NCBI GenBank assembly: GCA_963827275.1
Contig: CAWHAA010000009.1
Coordinates: 64,001-128,000 of the forward strand
Length of the DNA: 64,000 nt
DNA from: an uncultured Spirochaetota bacterium
Lineage (GTDB): Bacteria > Spirochaetota > UBA4802 > UBA5550
Direction: 5' to 3'
The stretch's first letter is position 1; every line of letters starts with the position of its first letter. A program made the translations under genes and the position numbers. Positions 60,915 through 64,000 of the stretch are shown here, in pieces. Below the pieces are notes generated by a model. The model was not told where the DNA came from, searched no databases, and worked only from the letters and a program-made list of their open reading frames with translations.

Positions 60915-62448
60915 TTAGAATATATTCTTGAAGATCAGGGGCGTCCCTTTTTCGGCGAACTCCCGGAGCAGGACCTCTCCCTGCTCAACATCGCGGGGAT
61001 CGACTATGCGGGAGAGCCGGATCATGCTGCAGTCCCTGTTGTTCCCGAAATCAGTGAGCATGGCATGCTGCAGGTCCATATACCCGCCCAGATCCTTCCC
61101 GTTATACCTGTACCAGTAATACACCAGCAGGCCTTTTTCTCCATATATGAACAGCATTCTTGTCACTGTTCTTCCGGAAGGTAAGGCGAGCACACTCTGG
61201 CTTAGAAGATTGTATCCCTCATTTTTAAGGCAGAGTTCCGGTCTGTGCAGGAACGGGGTGCGGTCTCCCCGTGCGTGAATGAAATACAGATAGACGCTCA
61301 TTTCTTCCGGAGGTGTCGTCTGCTTTATAATATTCCCGCATCAGGACATCGTCCGTTTTCAACATCGAAAAGTAGATTTCCTCGAGCTTTTCATCGCGTG
61401 ATTTCCAGCCCGGGGCTTCTGTGCCGATAGAATTAATGAGAAGCGGGTATTTCACTTCTTTTGACCCGATGCTTTTCAGTTGAATGGCCAGTGATCCGGC
61501 GGCCATCAGTGCCATGATTATGATGAGCGGCACCATGTTGTTTTTCTTTTTTTCAGATGAGGGTGTGCCATCCGCTGTTTTTTCATCACCGACGGTTTTA
61601 AAATTTGGCACATCGTTAATGAGGGTGATTAAGACAAAAATAATAATAAATACTATGGTCCCTATGACCTCGTGAAATGCGCCCAGGGCATATTTCCCGT
61701 ACCCGTGTACGGTCAGTATCGTAACAATTATTATTCGCAATATATTGGACAGGAGCGCCGCGGGTATGGCTATCAGGTAATCCACTGCCGCTATCAGATT
61801 TCGCTTTTGAAAAAGCGCGAGGCACCAGAGAAGGGACGCCATGCCGAATATATTTTGCATCCCGCTGCATGCGGGGGTTATCTCGATAATATAATTGTTT
61901 ATGTTCAATGTAGTCCCATGGAGGCTCGTCGAGGGATACATCAGTGAAAGAAAAAATCCGGATATGCCGGCGGCCGCGAGTTTTAAATAGAATGTCGCAT
62001 GGTCGAGTAAAAAAGCGGGCAGGGGAATGGCCAGCAGAAGATATACAAAAAGCCCTTTATTGCGGTTAACAAAATATTTTCCCAGGAATAAAAAAGAGCA
62101 TCCCAGGATAAATAGATATATGGCAAAAAACCGAGAGGTTACTATTGCAGCGTATCGCCCGAAGACCTCGGCGGCCAATGCAATTGATAATAACGAGAAG
62201 CCCGCTACAGGGGAATCCCCGGTGTTCCTGTTGAAGGTCCCGTATCTTTTTTTGAGGATCCAGAGGAAAATCGCGAAAACAAAAGGCCCTTGTGAATAAT
62301 ATGAGCCTGATGCAAACCAGCGGAGAAGAAGCTCCCTGAGTGAGCCGAAAAAAAACAGGACTGAAAAAACAAATAACAATACCCGGAAAATCCAGATATT
62401 GTTATTTGTTTTTAAAAAGCCCTTTATTCCAGATATGGCTGGATACAA
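60915..62448 (-). CDS. Exosortase (EpsH-like) fused to an EpsI-like domain, frameshift near 61305
   Basis: Multi-TM protein with the Cys/Arg/His triad in 'TPACSGM', 'NILRI', 'FHEVIG'. The EpsI-like part 'MLKTDDVLMREY' continues as 'VYLYF…HRPELCL…GY…VYYWY…SMIRL' in the next frame. Confidence 0.85.
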
Positions 62449-62456
62449 AATAATGC

Positions 62457-62693
62457 TTATTTTTTATCCAGGAACTTCTTTTTTACCGCAAAGGCAGCGC
62501 CCGCGCCGCCAAGGATTAAAAGTATTGTCGCAGGCTCAGGCACTCCGCCGCCCCCGGCATGGGGAGGATTATACCCCTGGAAAGGAGGTGTGGAAGGGTT
62601 GTTGTATTGCCAGATATTAGATATCCATGACATGCTAAAAGCCGTAGTAGAGCAGAGTAAGGTAAGAAAAAGTATAATCACAGTTTTTTTCAT
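62457..62693 (-). CDS. Very small PEP-CTERM sorting-domain protein (78 aa)
   Basis: Signal peptide MKKTVIILFLTLLCSTTAFS, about 30-aa mature part, then VPEP, a TM helix and KKKFLDKK. GAGG RBS; directly upstream of the exosortase. Confidence 0.85.
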   Translation of the reverse strand: MKKTVIILFLTLLCSTTAFSMSWISNIWQYNNPSTPPFQGYNPPHAGGGGVPEPATILLILGGAGAAFAVKKKFLDKK

Positions 62694-63136
62694 ACAAAAC
62701 CTCATTAAAAATTATTCCTTAAATTCTTCATATAGCCTGATACAAAATAGCCCAATCGGGCTTTTTTGTATTCATGAATTAGTAAGCACTGTCCAGATTG
62801 TCCGATTACTTCCTTAATTGATAAAAATTAGTACTCTTTTACAGGTACTGAAATGGAAAGATTCTCTTAACTATTTTGTATAGGATGAAACTATCTTTTG
62901 TTTATATAATAAACCATAAATTGGTATTAGGCAAAAAAAACAAGATATTTTTTGTTTTTTTGAAATTTTACACCTGACTTTATCGGGAAATATATATGAA
63001 TTCATATCAATTTCGTGCAAAGTGTCTTTTTATTTAATAATAATTGACAGATTGCCTGAAAACCTGTCCAGTGCGTGCTGCTGCGGCCGTGAACGACCGG
63101 CCCCGCGCGTTACTGTCGTGTCCCGGGGGTGATGAA

Positions 63137-63400
63137 ATGAGCGCGTTTGAAATCGTGATGCTGGTATGCTTCGGCTCGGCCTGGCCGTTTTCTATTTACC
63201 GGTCATGGAAATCGAAAACGGTGAAGGGGAAGAGCCTGGTGTTTCTGCTTATCGTGCTGGCGGGCTACCTCTCGGGGATATTGCACAAGCTGTTTTTTAA
63301 CTACGACATGGTGATATACCTTTACTGCGTGAATTTCGCCCTCGTCATGGCCGATACTGCGCTGTACCTCCGCTACCGGAAGTCCGATGCGCGTCCGTAG
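63137..63400 (+). CDS. Small 3-TM membrane protein (PQ-loop/SemiSWEET-like)
   Basis: 'FEIVMLVCFGSAWPFSIYRSWKSKTVKGKS…GYLSGILHK…LYCVN' with three hydrophobic helices. Confidence 0.7.
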   Translation: MSAFEIVMLVCFGSAWPFSIYRSWKSKTVKGKSLVFLLIVLAGYLSGILHKLFFNYDMVIYLYCVNFALVMADTALYLRYRKSDARP

Positions 63401-63403
63401 GGC

Positions 63404-63742
63404 CTATCCCCTGATCCCCAGCTCGTAGAGCTTGCCGACGATTTCGAAGGCGGTCATGCGGGTCGACAGGAGGGGGATGTTTTCCTCGTTCGCTTTTTTC
63501 AGCGTGTCCTCGTCGGGCAGGCGGCCGTTGATCAGGACCACCGCGGCGAACGATTTCAATGACGCGACGGAAACGATGTTTCGGTGGGTCTGGAGGGTGA
63601 CCCAGATGCTCCCCTCCTTCGCGTGCGACATCACGTCGCTCAGGATGTCGCCGGCATACGCGTCCCGCACGTCGGCGTCAAGGGCCGTTGAATCGCTCTT
63701 CAGCTCGAGGCCGAGTTTTTCCATCAGCTCTTTAAGTTTCAT
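63404..63742 (-). CDS. DRTGG-domain protein
   Basis: 'AYAGDILSDVM…IWVTLQTHRNIVSVA…VVLING…KANEENIPLL'. Confidence 0.85.
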   Translation of the reverse strand: MKLKELMEKLGLELKSDSTALDADVRDAYAGDILSDVMSHAKEGSIWVTLQTHRNIVSVASLKSFAAVVLINGRLPDEDTLKKANEENIPLLSTRMTAFEIVGKLYELGIRG

Positions 63743-64000
63743 TGTCGGCTCCTATGAGGATTTCGATCTTTAACGTTGTCCCCTTTCCCGGGGCGGACTG
63801 TATCTCCATCGTATCAGAACATTTTTTGATATTGGGAAGGCCCATGCCGGCCCCGAAGCCGAGCTCCCGGACCCACGGCTCGGCGGTGGTATAGCCTTCC
63901 TGCATCGCCAGCTCGATGTTCTCGATGCCGGGACCGTTGTCTTCGGCGACGATTGTCAGCGCCTCCCTGCTGATATTGAACGTCATCGTTCCCCCGTCCG
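63732..64000 (-). CDS. Anti-sigma-type Ser/Thr kinase (RsbT-like HATPase), 5' end outside the window
   Basis: 'EDNGPGIENIELAMQEGYTT…GFGAGMGLPNIKKCSD…SAPGKGT'. Confidence 0.85.
   Translation of the reverse strand, partial: DGGTMTFNISREALTIVAEDNGPGIENIELAMQEGYTTAEPWVRELGFGAGMGLPNIKKCSDTMEIQSAPGKGTTLKIEILIGADNET

Overview
GC-rich bacterial chromosomal window with a few AT-rich patches. It probably comes from an anaerobic spirochaete-like organism; this is inferred only from gene types (membrane-anchored TPR/Mrr-like proteins, a 7TM-DISM PP2C) and is not verified. Contents in order: partial M16 peptidase, rseC-like gene, greA and tRNA-Ala(GGC). Next is a cluster of apparently catalytically degenerate proteins (two TM-TPR-Mrr-like paralogues, a cNMP/ParA/patatin-like fusion, STAS, a glycosidase-fold protein, a ParB-like protein), then rpsA and ilvD. 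An AT-rich island carries a RAYT/TnpA-Y1 HUH nuclease, four direct TACTCTGACMCC repeats and a candidate sigma28-driven sRNA. Then come rsgA, sugar-modification genes, a complete TetR-controlled beta-oxidation locus with three near-identical operators, algI/algJ-like genes and hypB/hypF. These are followed by a selenocysteine formate dehydrogenase with a NuoEF partner and an OxlT-type transporter, and a HoxFUYH-W NAD-linked [NiFe] hydrogenase flanked by twin receiver proteins. The window ends with an exosortase-EpsI gene paired with a tiny PEP-CTERM peptide, and the end of a DRTGG/HATPase cluster. Five genes (ilvD, degT-like, capD-like, hypF, exosortase) have frameshifts that look more like sequencing or assembly indels than decay. 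All calls rest on motif recognition by eye; no searches were run.
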